This document shows positions 42,797 to 56,400 of a stretch of DNA of 64,000 nt, in pieces (position 1 is the stretch's first letter; every line of letters begins with the position of its first letter). A program made the position numbers and the translations under genes. Source of the stretch: Macrostomum lignano (taxonomy: Eukaryota); the NCBI GenBank assembly GCA_002269645.1, contig NIVC01002246.1, positions 62,001-126,000 on the forward strand. The letters are read 5' to 3'. The notes below the pieces were generated by a model. The model was given only the letters and a program-made list of their open reading frames with translations. It ran no database searches and was not told where the DNA came from.

Positions 42797-43309
42797 AAAA
42801 AATATTTTCATGCTTTGTAACAATCAGTTTTTATTAGCTAGTTCTGTTTGTGTAATTGTACATGTTTTTGTAACAATAGGCCATTACATTAATCATTTTA
42901 TTGCGCATCTCAACTGGCACTCTCGTAAATGTCATTTTGCCCTAAATAATTCTTTTTTTGCACTATCATTCGTTGGTTGAATTTTCACTTTTTCACAATT
43001 TTACTTATATAAATTTTATGTTCGTTGCTTTTAATCTTTGTTTATCTAGGGCTTATTGATAAATTTCGAATTAACAAATTTTCGAGTTTTACAATTTGTG
43101 TTCAAACTTTTCAGTAGTTTGTGTTGATACTACTGAGCTTTTCGCTGATTTTAGTAGTACATGTAGTTCGTCTGTCTTTGAACAGGAATTTTATATTTTG
43201 TTCGTTTTTTGATTCGTTTTCAACTATCTGTAGGAATGTGTTAAATTGTTTAATTTGTTTGCAAAATGACGCTCTCGAATAATTTTTTTCAGTTTTGTGT
43301 TTTAAAATA

Positions 43310-43784
43310 ATTTAAATTCGTGCCAAAACCCGGAATATCCTAACTCCAAGTAAGATCGTGAATTCATTTACTTCTTAAAGAATACCGATAGTTTGATTTG
43401 GCGCGAATTTAAATCGTTAATTGTTGGTCTAATATCCGGGCACTGCGTATTAGATTAGAGCAAAGGGACTGTTTGCACCCTGGCGCACTTTAGGCGACAT
43501 TGTCGCACTTTGCTGCTCATTCCGCCGACTCCCCTGAGCAGGCATACAAGCCCGCGGATTCGTGTGCAGTCATACGCACAGGCAAGCCCAGATTCCAGTT
43601 TAGCCCCGAATTAATGTGGCTGCACTTGGAATGGAGCCTAGGCCGCTGCTGGCCGTTTAATTCTCTATTTCAGACAATTTTTTAATTCAAATTCGTGCCA
43701 AAATCCGGAATTTTTCCAGCTACAAATAGTAATCATTCATTATTAAAATTCTTAGAAAACATTTGCTTTGGCGCGAATTTAAAT
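43310..43784. repeat. Two ~100-bp foldback/MITE-like units with 18-bp terminal inverted repeats
   Basis: ATT(T/C)AAATTCGTGCCAAA...TTTGGCGCGAATTTAAAT at 43310-43414 and 43685-43784. Confidence 0.7.
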
Positions 43785-45561
43785 CATTATTTTGTTTCTC
43801 TAACACCAGGGCTCTGTGTCCTTTGATTTTATAGCCGCGTATTTTTTGTAAATGTCAATCGTCTAGTTCCTTTTGTACTTTTTTACCTTCTTCAGCCCTT
43901 GCATGTCTGCTAGCACTTTCCTGTTTTCATTCCTTTTCGAAATCGATTGTTTATCTGGCTATTTGAAAATTGTTTTTTTTAAATACTTTCTTACCCTAAT
44001 TTTGTTTTTTTACTCTGCTGGCATACTCTGTCCATACTGTTCACCTTTGCCAAGCTGTGCTGTTTAAAAAAACTCGAAGTGCCTAAATTTGCGGAATAAA
44101 TTATAAATGTCAGTTGACAGGTGTAGAATAATTTGTAATTTTATTTGTTGATATTCGTATCAAATTTTTTCACAGTTGTTATGGCATAGCATTATACATT
44201 GTGCTCTGTCTGCGCAAAGCAGATCAAAATATTTTAACCGGTCATGTCTTCGCAATTTCACATGCGGTGGACATGATTTTCATTATGGTTAGAATTTTTT
44301 TAGTCTACATTGCTGACCCTATAGGACGATATTGTATACAATAAAATATTTTTACCGATTAAATAAATAATTTTTACGATGCTGAGTAGCAAGTGCAAAT
44401 CAGTATCTTTTGTTATCGTTTTTTTATTGATAGAATTGCACTAATCGCGCACAATACATATATATATCTTTATTTGACTTGGTGTTTTTACACAGTTTTC
44501 CTAAAGTTGAAACTGTAAGTATGCATAACCATCGAATGTGCTAAAAAGTTTTACAAAAAATTCTACATGCATGCATTAGAAAGTGTACATGCAGTACGAG
44601 GACATTGACATGTATTCAGATAGGGTCACGACCATAGAATTTATGATGGAGGAACGCACCATGGTTCAAGAAAAATAAAGCTCAGGTATAGCAAGACCAA
44701 ATAGATATTAGGCACCGTACATTCATTTTGGCGTCTTGAAGCAAAGTTCTTGACTAATTCAATTCAGCCAAAAAAGCTTCATTTTTTGTCATTAAAAGCT
44801 CTCGAAAAAAAATTACAAGCCCGTGACAAGGTATAAAACAAAGCCTTTATTAATGGAGGAAAGCCCGTCTTTTTCGGGAAAAGAAAAAAACGTTCCATAC
44901 GGTCTGTTATTGCTTACTTGTGATTGTGGTAAATAGGTATAACAAAATTTCTAACTTTATTTTTTAGGTGTGAATTAAGCGAGTAGTCAAGGCATCCTAT
45001 AGCTTTTATCATGCAAAAAGTTTTGTAAATAATAATTGTATAATACAGTTTCTAGTTAATAATACGTAGCAAAAATATTATTTCGTAGAAACCACCTGCA
45101 AATCACATTTTGATCACAAGTTTTCCTGTTTCTAGGTTGACGTGAACCTGGAATTTTGAACATTTTTTTCTGGTTAACTGTGAAAGAAAGTAGCTGGTTC
45201 TACAGTAATTTAATTGCACAAAACAGAGCTTTTTTTTCTTTCAAAAAATTGTATGATAAGCTAGACTTTGCCTAACCATAGCCACCGATTGCAGTTTGAC
45301 TCAAAGTTTGAGGTCCATAACTTATAAATCCTTAGATTGTTGACCTTGATAAATTAACTATGATCATTATGATGGATAGAAATCATGGCACATAGCCCTA
45401 TCATAAGCTAAAAATAGTATAGGCCTGAACAACTTTTTTGGTATTGCCCTTGTGAGACTGAGACATTTTATTAATAGAGTTACCAACAAAACAAACAACA
45501 TACTACAACTAGAAAAGAGTTTTGCATTTCTCATTTAATAGCTGCTGGATTGACAAACCTT

Positions 45562-48500
45562 ATGAAAATGTCTGAGAAAAGTCGAATTGAAAAAATTGCA
45601 TCTGCAAAAAAGAGAGTAAGTATATAGCTTTTTCTTATGAATAAATAGCTAATGAATTTCATTATTTATATATTGAATTTGATGTTTATTTTCAAATTGT
45701 TAGTAGGCCTATTATTTTTTATTTTACATGAAATGGTCACTCATTATTAATATTAATTCTATGTAGCTACATAGCATAGGTCCTTTGTGGCTAAAATTTA
45801 TGCTTTTTGGTTTTTAGCACTTCAGACTTAGTAGCATAGTTTGTTTTTTGATAGTGGCCACACTAAATATGATGTCCTTTTGCCTAGAAAATTCTAGCAT
45901 ACAGAAGCCATTTCAGTTCAATATATTAGTATGTAGCAAGCAGCGCAGTTTGCAGTGTAGTAGTATAATATAGAGTAGGCTATATAATGTTTATAATACA
46001 GCTTATCAAATCCATAGTCTAGAAGGTGGCCTTTATGCCGGAAAATTCCGGCATATTTTTGCTCTTGCTGACAATCTTGGTGTACACTTGGCATATAAAA
46101 TTTTCAAGTTCAACATGAAGTGTACACAGTCAGCATACAAAAAATAGCCAAGTTCAAGGCTAATGTAATTGTGCAGTTAAAACGTCAACCAAGGTAGAAG
46201 GCTCTTTAAACATAAAAACTAAAATAGAAAATCTCCCAAATCTCCTAAAAGCATAAGGCAAGAAAAAAAGGGGGGTACTTTTGCACTTTGATTGTGTGCA
46301 AAGAAGCTTACAAGAAAATGGGGATTCACAAAATCAGATGAATGCAATTATGCAATGATTATATTGTATTGCATTGATTAAATATTGATGCATTGTTTAA
46401 ATATAATTGCATGGTGCAAGCTTTTGCCAGAAAGCATAAGGATAAATGTTGAGCACAAGGGTGTGAATTAACAAATTGCATTGGATAAGAGCAAAATCAC
46501 ACTATATATGAACACTGAAAACTGTTTAAAATATACATTGCTTTTAGCCAGAAAGCAAGGAAAACAGCCAAACTAACTGCTTAAATTATCCCTGAGGCAT
46601 AAGGAAATTACAATTGCACAGTGAATTAGAAAAGCTGCTTTTATCCCTCAAGCATAAGGAAGTACAATTGCACAGTGAATTAGAAAAGGCTCTGCTTTTA
46701 TCCCTCAAGCATAAGGAAAGTACAATTGAACAGTGAATTAGCAAAGTTGCTTTTATCCCTTAAGCATAAGGAAAGTACAATTGAACAGTGAATTAGTAAA
46801 ACTGCTTTTATCTCTCAAGCATAAGTACAATTGAACAGTGAATTAGCAAAGCTGCTTTTATCCCTTAAGCATAAGGAAGTACAATTGAACAGTGAATTAG
46901 CAAAGCTGCTTTTATCCCTTAAGCATAAGGAAAGTACAATTGAACAGTGAATTAGTAAAACTGCTTTTATCTCTCAAGCATAAGTACAATTGAACAGTGA
47001 ATTAGCAAAGCTGCTTTTATCCCTTAAGCATAAGGAAGTACAATTGAACAGTGAATTAGAAAAGCTGCTTTTATCTCTCAAGCATAAGGAAAGTACAATT
47101 GAACAGTGAATTAGAAAAACTGCTTTTATCTCTCAAGCATAAGGAAGTACAATTGAACTAAACAGAAAATGAAAATGCTGCTTTCAGCATAGAATAAGTG
47201 CAAAGAAAGCTTACAGCAAATAAAAATCAGAATGCGTTCGCCAACTTGACTACTACTAGTAATGGGCATTGTAAATTAGCTATTAGGCGCAATAACAAAT
47301 TCGCTGGTAAATACCTGTTTAAACCTCAATCTCCATGCCAATATTGGGCAGATCCGGGTCAAATTTGGGCAGCATTTCCAGATGGCGGAGGCTCAGCTTG
47401 AACAGCTGGCTGCCTTGCAAGTCAGGCTGAGCTGTGGCTGGCTGTTCTGGAGCAGACTGATTGGCGGGGTCAGCTTTGCTTTCATCACTGGACTTGTAGG
47501 GCAGCATAGGCCACTCAGTTTGGCGTGGTAGCTCTTGCAGTCAGTCTGCCATCATCTGTGGCACCTTGATAATGTTGTTACAATGTACTAACATCTCAGC
47601 TGGGTGTCCTTGCTGGGCTATTGCCGGTTTGATCCAGTAGGCTACTTTGCTGACTTTCCTCACAACCTTGTACATACTTTCGTACAGTTAGTGGAATTTG
47701 GGCAGCTCTCCCAACTTGAGCTTCGGGTTAGCTAGGCAGACAAGGTCTCTAGGCTGCAGTTCCATGGGCTTGGGTCGGTTCTCGTAATACTCTTTGCAGC
47801 ACTGGATCTCGGCTCACAATCTCTGTCGCACAATCCTTTCAGTCTCGGCCAGTCTGCGCTGATGCTTTGCAATGTATTTGGGTAGGTCAGGTGATACGTC
47901 CAGGCAATCTAGGGTGTTATCGATCAGATATCAATAGGGCACTCTATAGACGACATAATGCGGCGAGAAACCCGTCGTACAGTTGACAACTGATCTTAAG
48001 GCTGTCAGAGCGGCTGGCAGCATCTTGTCCCATTGCTGATGATCTTCTAGGAGACAAGTGAGCACCTTCTTGATGTTTTTATTGCACGATTCAGCTTGCC
48101 CATTGGCCCAAGGCGAGTATGGCGGCATCGTGGTTTATCGAATGCCATAGGCTTCGCAGAAATGTCGAAACTCGTGCCCTGTGAACTGTTTGCCTTGGTC
48201 CGAATAGATCCATGCGGGGATTCCGGTGATCGGGAAGACTTGCTCTTGCAGGAGAGTTATTATCACCTTGGCGCGCTGATTCTTCATGGCGAAGGCAAAG
48301 GGATATTTCAATGTAGTATCGATGTAGGTCAGGATATACTTGTTGCTGCAGTCTGTCGGGTCTCCAGTGGGGGCCCAGGATGTCGATAGCGCTTCGCCCA
48401 TAGATTTCACAGACGGAAACGATTGTACATGCACTGGGATTCGTCACTTTTCTTTGCTCTGGGTGCAGGTCTAGCAGGAAGCGACATAGTCTGACACTGC

Positions 48501-51500
48501 TTTTTGCCAAGGCACCTTCGCAATGGTGAGGTCTCGGCCCATGTGTCCACAGTATGGCAAACTATGCAGGTCGCCAAACACTGTGGCGTTGAGACTCTTC
48601 GGCAGGACAATCCTCGCTTTCTCCTCCTCGCCAACATCATCGAGATGGATGACTAATAGTCTAGTGCAATCTGTTGCTGCTGCTACTATTGTTGTTAAGT
48701 GTAGTGAGCCTCTCCTAAAGGGGACACTAGGCAATGTTCCCTAGGAGAAGTGCCACCATATTGGCACAAGTGAGATGACACAATCCAGTGATGCCATGAG
48801 TAGTGTTGGGTGTCTAAAGATGGGTAGTTGAAAAGGTGGAATTGGTTTGACATCTTTAGCATAGAGATGGCAGTTGCCATTCTCCTTGATGCCGATATGG
48901 TTGTAATAGTGCTGCTATTGCTGCTATTTTTGCTGCTGGGCATGGTATATTTCATATGACTAATTTAACTCCACTTTTTAATGTTCTCGACATTGGCATT
49001 GTTGCTGAGTGAGTCTTGTGTTGCAATGATAGTCTAGCCTATAGCCCAAAAGGTGGCCTTCATGTTAGAAAATTCCAGCATATTTTTTCTCTTACTCTAT
49101 AGTCAAGAAAATGGCCTTTGCCATGAAAAAGTCTAGTGCACAACAAAGGGTCCAAGATGCACTTGACACTCAATTGCAATGCTCTTGGTACATAATCACA
49201 TTGCACATAAGGGGTCCCTAATCCACTAGCACATAATCCTAATTCCTAGCAAAGATTTAGATCTCTAATGCATGTAGTATAATTTTTTGGCAAAGTTTTT
49301 ATAAAACATGTAATCATTAGTTAATCTAACTTGCACCATGGCTCTCCTAAGTCAATATCTTACTTAGTTAGCAACAGGAGCAAAATGACTTTGCAAACAT
49401 GGGCAATGTCAACTCATGGCTATCTTAATACATTGATAGCATTAGTGGCTGACCACAAAAAAACAAAGCACAAAGTTAGAGTCTGTGCTTCAATTTGGTT
49501 TAGTTGATTTAATCCAACTGGTAAGGAAATTCCTTTCAGATTGATTTCAGACAACCAGTGTTAGTAAGTTGAAAGCCTGTTAAGATTATTTCACAAATTG
49601 GTATTACCATAGTGCAGTACAGCAAGACATGCGTACATGAAGCAATCTGAAGCAATACTTTCACTGCCGCTTCTACCGCTGCTTCCACTGTTAAAGCTGT
49701 TATAGTCTCCATCCTGTTTGAAGTGGCCACCGCTTTCATTTATGCTGTGTCTGAACATCTAGAAGTTAAACTGTTATTGCTGCATCTGTCAGATCTAAGG
49801 ATCTTGTAGTTGCAGAGATGCGAGACATTGATTGAATCTGAATCTTTGGCGGTAATAGAATCTGACAAATCTTCAGCAGATTCTGACAAATCGTCAGCAG
49901 ATTCTGACAAATCGTCAGCAGATTGTGAAAAATTGTCTGCAGAATCTGAGAAATCGTCAGCAGAATCTGACAAATCATCAGCAGAATCTGAGAAATCGTC
50001 AGCAGATTCTGACAAATCGTCAGCAGATTGTGAAAAATTGTCTGCAGAATCTGAGAAATCGTCAGCAGAATCTGACAAATCATCAGCAGAATCTGAGAAA
50101 TCGTCAGCAGAATCTGACAAATCATCAGCAGAATCTGAGAAATCGTCAGCAGATTCTGACAAATCGTCAGCAGATTGTGAAAAATTGTCTGCAGAATCTG
50201 AGAAATCGTCAGCAGAATCTGACAAATCATCAGCAGAATCTGAGAAATCGTCAGCAGATTCTGAAAAATCGTCAGCAGATTTTGACAAATTGTCTGCAGA
50301 TTCTGACAAATTGTCAGCAGATTCTGACAAATCGTCAGCAGATTCTGAAAAATTCTTAGTTGAATCCAACAAATTTCCCCCAGATTCAAATTCTGACAAT
50401 TTATGAGCCAACTGCAATACATCTTTGAAAGAAGAATCTGTCAGGTTAACCCAGTCCATATCACCGGCCCCTGTCATTCAATTACTATTAATGACCATTA
50501 TTAACCTGTAAGATGTAAAGTCAAAGTGCGATAAAAGTTAGATTCATTTGTTGGTGTCAGGCAGTGGCTGCTCATTGAGACCAGGTTACGGCTGCTCATT
50601 GGTGTCAGGCAGCAGCTGCTCGTTGGTGTCAGGCAGCGGCTGCTCGTTGGTGTCAGGCAGCGGCTGCTCGTTGGTGTCAGGCAGCGGCTGCTCGTTGGTG
50701 TCAGGCAGCGGCTGCTCATTGGTGTCAGGCAGCAGCTGCTCGTTGGTGTCAGGCAGCGGCTGCTCGTTGGTGTCAGGCAGCGGCTGCTCGTTGGTGTCAG
50801 GCAGTGGCTGCTCGTTGGTGTCAAGCAGCGGCTGCTCGTTGGTGTCAGGCAGCGGCTGCTCATTGGTGTCAGGCAGCAGCTGCTTGTTGGTGTCAGGCAG
50901 TGGCTGCTCGTTGGTGTCAGGCAGCAGCTGCTTGTTAGTGTCAGGCAGTGGCTGCTCATTAGTGTCAGGCAGTGGCTGCTCATTGGTGTCAGGCAGCGGC
51001 TGCTTGTTGGTGTCAGGCAGCAGCTGCTCGTTGGTGTCAGGCAGCAGCTGCTTGTTGGTGTCAGGCAGTGGCTGCTCATTGGTGTCAGGCAACGGCTGAT
51101 CGTTGGTGTCAGGTAGCAGCTACTCGTTGGTGTCAGGCAACGGCTACTCGTTGGTGTCAGGCAACGGCTGATCGTTGGTGTCAGGCAGTGGCTGCTCATT
51201 GGTGTCAGGCATTGGGTGCTCGTTGGTATTGAATGTTTGGTCATTAACATCTTCATAGTTGCTGGGCTCCTCGTTGAATTTCATATTAGGGCTACCCATT
51301 CTGAGCTGTTTACATCAAATATATGGCAGCTGACAACCAAGCGCAAGTGGTTCAGCAGCACGATGTTATTCGCAATGCAAGTGGAGCAGAGTTCATAAAC
51401 CCATCTAGTAAACCATAACTAGTCTTGGTCATGTCATTTTATAGTACTTGAAAATTTTAGAATTTTTGAAATGAAGCTTCCAAAAATTAAATTTGGAACT

Positions 51501-52654
51501 ACACTTATCCATATCTTGGTATTAAAAGCAAAATAATATTGCAGATAGAATATATAATCTCAATAAACTAAATCTTGTTTGTCTGTATGCATGTAATGTA
51601 ACTCCTAGGCTACTTGCAAGTCAGTGTGGAAACTTATATGGAAAAACTGCAAATTTTCTAGAATAGTATCATATAAAACATTAGTAAAACAGCCTTTACT
51701 TTGTCACTTCAATCAATTTTTATTATTTAATATTTTTTATTTTTTATCATTTGGCTATGGGACTTTTTAACCTTTTTAGGGTTTTATAAAATCTACCAAA
51801 ATCAATAACCTAGGAAGGCTTTAGCTAACATTCTATTTACCTTTCATAAAAATAACACTATTAATGAAATTTTCATTTTCAAAGACTACTATTGCTGGTG
51901 GAAATATTAACACTGCAAATTCTTTCATCAAGCTAAATTGCTATTGCTGGGCCAGCCTCCTAGATCCTCAGTTGCTGGGCCAGCCTCCTAGATCCTCAGT
52001 TGTTGGGCCAGCCTCCCAGATCCTCAGTTGCTGGGCCAGCCTCCTAGATCCTCAGTTGTTGGGCCAGCCTCCCAGATCCTCAGTTGTTGGGCCAGCCTCC
52101 CAGATCCTCAGTTGTTGGGCCAGCCTCCCAGATCCTCAGTTGTTGGGCCAGCCTCCCAGATCCTCAGTTGTTGGGCCAGCCTCTCAGATTCTCAGTTGCT
52201 GGGCCAGCCTCCCAGATCCTCAGTTGTTGGGCCAGCCTCCCAGATCCTCAGTTGTTGGGCCAGCCTCCCAGATCCTCAGTTGTTGGGCCAGCCTCCCAGA
52301 TCCTCAGTTGTTGGGCCAGCCTCCCAGATTCTCAGTTGCTGGGCCAGCCTCCCAGATCCTCAGTTGCTGGGCCACAGCCTCCCATATTCTCAGCAGGGCT
52401 GTCAGCAGTCACAAACCAGTGGATGTCTCCGCTAATGCACAAATCTCCCTCCAATGTCACCCTCATTAAAACAGTTGCAAAAATTCCGCGATCAAAAAGA
52501 CGGCGCAGCAGGAGGCGGCGGCTCGTCGACGAAGTCAAAGCAGCGCCGACCGAACAGCTCCGCCCCATCGGCTGCCGACCCCGCAGCAGAAGCAGCAGCA
52601 GTTCCTCAACCAGCTGAGGATACCGCTTCGTCTTTGCCGCCTCAGCCTCCGCCT

Positions 52655-52685
<31 letters not shown>

Positions 52686-53344
52686 AGCAGGAGTCTTCAG
52701 CAACAGAACTGAGCGGCAATGGAGACGCTCCACCATCCAGGATAGTGGAATCGAATGGCAGTCACGAACCTTCAGCGGCTGTAGCTTCAGCAGCAGCAGC
52801 GGCCGCGTCTGATGCCGCTATTGAACAAGTCGACGTTGCAGACGTCTCCGACACAGCATCTGTGAGCGGCGCCACAGAGAGCCTGATGCAGCTTAGCCAG
52901 CAGATTAATGGCATCATGTCCTGGGATAGTCCTGGTGAGCTATCCCCTTTTCTCTTTTAAAGTTTTCCCCTTTATTTCTACTATCAGTAAGTTGTCAAAG
53001 AAAAGTTCGTAAATTGTTTATTATGAACAAATATGTACACTCCAGATTTCTAGCGTAAAACTAACCAGCTAAATTCATCTGAAGCCTTGTGATTTCTGAA
53101 TTTCAAACTTAACAATTCCGCAGACCAGCAGACGGCCCAGCAGGCCCAGCAGCAGCAGTCGTTGGAGCGGCGCAATGTGGAATTGGCCAGCATTCTGGAG
53201 AAGCGGACGGAAGCTCTGGAGCAGTCCAAGAGGTCGCAGGCTCTGTATAAAGATCAGCTGCAACGAGTTCAGGTTGGTACTCGAAACACTGAGATATTGA
53301 GATACACAGGCAGTGCGATAACACACAGACAGACAGACAGACAG

Positions 53345-53391
<47 letters not shown>

Positions 53392-53394
53392 GTC

Positions 53395-53458
<64 letters not shown>

Positions 53459-56400
53459 GGACGGGCATTCGGAAACAGACGGACACATGGACAGAAAGTC
53501 AGACAGACAGCCAGACAGACACGTAGAAACAGACAGACAGGCAGAAACAGACAGACAGACGGACGGACGGATGGACATGCAGAAACAGACGGACAAACAG
53601 ACAGACGGGTAGGTAGAGACAGACAGACAGACATGTGAAACAGACAGACAGACACATGTACAGAGAGGCCACTCCAAGCCTACTCCGCACCTGCAGGCCT
53701 CTCTATCAGCCGAGCTGGCCTCCTCAGAGGAGCGGCACCGGCGGGAGCTGCAGTCGGCCAGGGAGCAGCAGGCCAGTCAGGCGCAGACAATCGGCATGCT
53801 GGTGGCTGAGAAGACGGAATTGGCTACTCAACTGGCTCACGCCCAGCGGATGTGCCAGCAGAGGCTGTCGGAGCTCACCGAAGCGCAGGAGCGAGTGAGG
53901 GCAGCTAAGGTGAGCTGACAGTCTGCCAGATAGAGAATTACTCAATAAGCGCATGCTCATAGAGTTCTTACGAACAAAAATTATCGAAGGCTCGCCAAGC
54001 TGAGGCCGAGAAGGCGCAGGCCGCAGCGGAGCAGGCCACATCTCAGTTGAATTCTGGAGGCCGCGAGCTGGCTAAGGAGGCTGAGAGACTGCGCGCTGAA
54101 GTTGCTAGGCTGAGTTCGGACAGAGTTGAGCTTGAACAGGCAGCCAAGGAGCTGAGGGCTCGATTGGCAGCTAAGACTCAAGCGGCTCAAGGACTTGAGG
54201 AGCAGGTGAGATTCATTTGGGAATTGGATAGTTTAACTGATGGTTGCTAGGCTGATTGATGGTTGCTAGGCTGGTTTATCGTTGCTAGGCTGATTGATGG
54301 TTGCTAGGCTGATTGATGGTTGCTAGGCTGATTGATGGTTGCTAGACTGGTTTATCGTTGCTAGGCTGATTGATAGTTGCTAGGCTGGTTGATGGTTGCT
54401 AGGCTGATTGATGGTTGCTAGGCTGATTGATGGTTGCTAGGCTGGTTTATCGTTGCTAGGCTGATTAATGGTTGCTAGGCTGATTGATGGTTGCTAAGAT
54501 GATTTATGGTTGCTAGGCTGATAAGTGATTGCAAGGCTGATCGATGGTTGCTAGGCTTATTGATGGTTGTTAGGCTAATTAATGGTTGCTAGGCTGATTG
54601 ATGGTTGCTAGGCTGATTGATGTTAGCTAGGCTGATTGATGGTTGCTAGGCTGATCGATGTTAGCTAGGCTGATTGATGGTTGCTAGGCTGATTGATGGT
54701 TGCTAGGCTGATTGATGTTAGCTAGGCTGATTGATGGTTGCTAGGCTGATTGATGTTAGCTAGGCTGATTGATGGTTGCTAGGCTGATTGATGTTAGCTA
54801 GGCTGATTGATGGTTGCTAGGCTGATTGATGGTTGCTAGGCTGATTGATGGTTGCTAGGCTGATTGATGGTTGCTAGGCTGATTGATGGTTTCTAAGATG
54901 ATTGATGGTTGGTAGGCTGATTGATGTTAGCTAGGCTGGTTTATCGTTGCTAGGCTGATTGATGGTTGCTAAGATTATTTATGGTTGCTAAGATGATTTA
55001 TGGTTGCTAGGCTGATAGGCGATTGCAAGGCTGATCGATGGTTGTTAGGCTAATTAATGGTTGCTAGGCTGATTGATGGTTGCTAGGCTGATAGGTGATT
55101 GCAAGGCTGATCGATGGTTGTTAGGCTAATTAATGGTTGCTAGGCTGATTGATGGTTGCTAGGCTGATTAATGGTTGCTAGGCTGATTAATAGTTGCTAG
55201 GCTGATTGATGAGTTGTTAGGCTAATTAATGGTTGCTAGGCTGATTGATGGTTGCTAGGCTGATTAATAGTTGCTAGGCTGATTGATGAGTTGTTAGGCT
55301 AATTAATGTTTGCTAGGCTGATTGATGGTTGCTAGATTGATTAATGGTTACTAGGCTGATTAATAGTTGCTAGGCTGATTGATGGTTGCTAGGCTGATTA
55401 ATGGTTGCTAGGCTTATTGATGTTGCAATGTTAGTTTATGGTTGCTAGGGTGATTAATGGTTGCAATGTTAGTTTATGGTTGCTAGGGTGATTGATGGTT
55501 GCAATGTTAGTTTATGGTTGCTAGGCTGATTGCTCGTTGCTAGGCTGATGATAGATTACTAGTCAATTCATATAAATCTGGTTGCTAGGCCTCATGGTCA
55601 TATCTCAGTCCGCACTCATCTCCCGCCGCAGGTTCGCGACCTTCGCCGCCAGCTGGAACTCGCCGGAGTGCAGCTGCACCAGCTGGGCGCCAGTCGGGAC
55701 CGAGACAGCCGGGCGGCGGTGGTTGAACTGCAGTCGGCAAATGCGGACTTAACGGAGCGCCTGGCTCAGCTGACAAGCGAGCGGGACAGCCTAGCCGAGC
55801 AGTACCGCGAGTACACCAACCGTCTGGGCGCCGAGGCCAAGCAGCTTCGTGCTCAGGTGAGCACCCTGACCACCGAGCGAAGCCAGCTGGTGAACCGCAC
55901 GGCCGAACTTGAGGGCGAACTGGCCGGACTGGCCGATCAGCTCGCGGCTGCTAGAGAGGCCGAAAATGCAGCTCTGGCCAGCGTTCAACAGCTGAAGGCT
56001 CAGGCTGATGAGGCTGGGAAGCTGAGAGACGCTGAGGCTGAGGAACGACAGCGGCTGTTGGAGATGGTGGGTGATCTCTTTGGTGGGAATTCGAACTGAG
56101 TTGAGCATTGGGATATGTTGTTTATAGCATCAGCCTTCCCTCAATCGCCCTAGCAACCATCAATTAGCCTAGCAACCATCAATCAGCCTAGCAACCATCA
56201 ATCAGCCTAGCAACCATCAGTCAGCCTAACAACCACCAATCAGCCTAGCAACCATCAGTCAGCCTAGCAACCATCAATCAGCCTAGCAACCATGAATAAG
56301 CCTAGCAACCACCAATCAGCCTAGCAACCATCAGACTAGAAACGATTTATCAACCATCATATACAGTCTCCGCTAATAGAGATTCGAGCTTCAATGAGCA

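Noticed and set aside
52454-52474. ATG at 52454 as the GM130 start
   Set aside because: It lies just before a good acceptor, and the upstream exon at 45562 supplies the conserved N-terminal motif.
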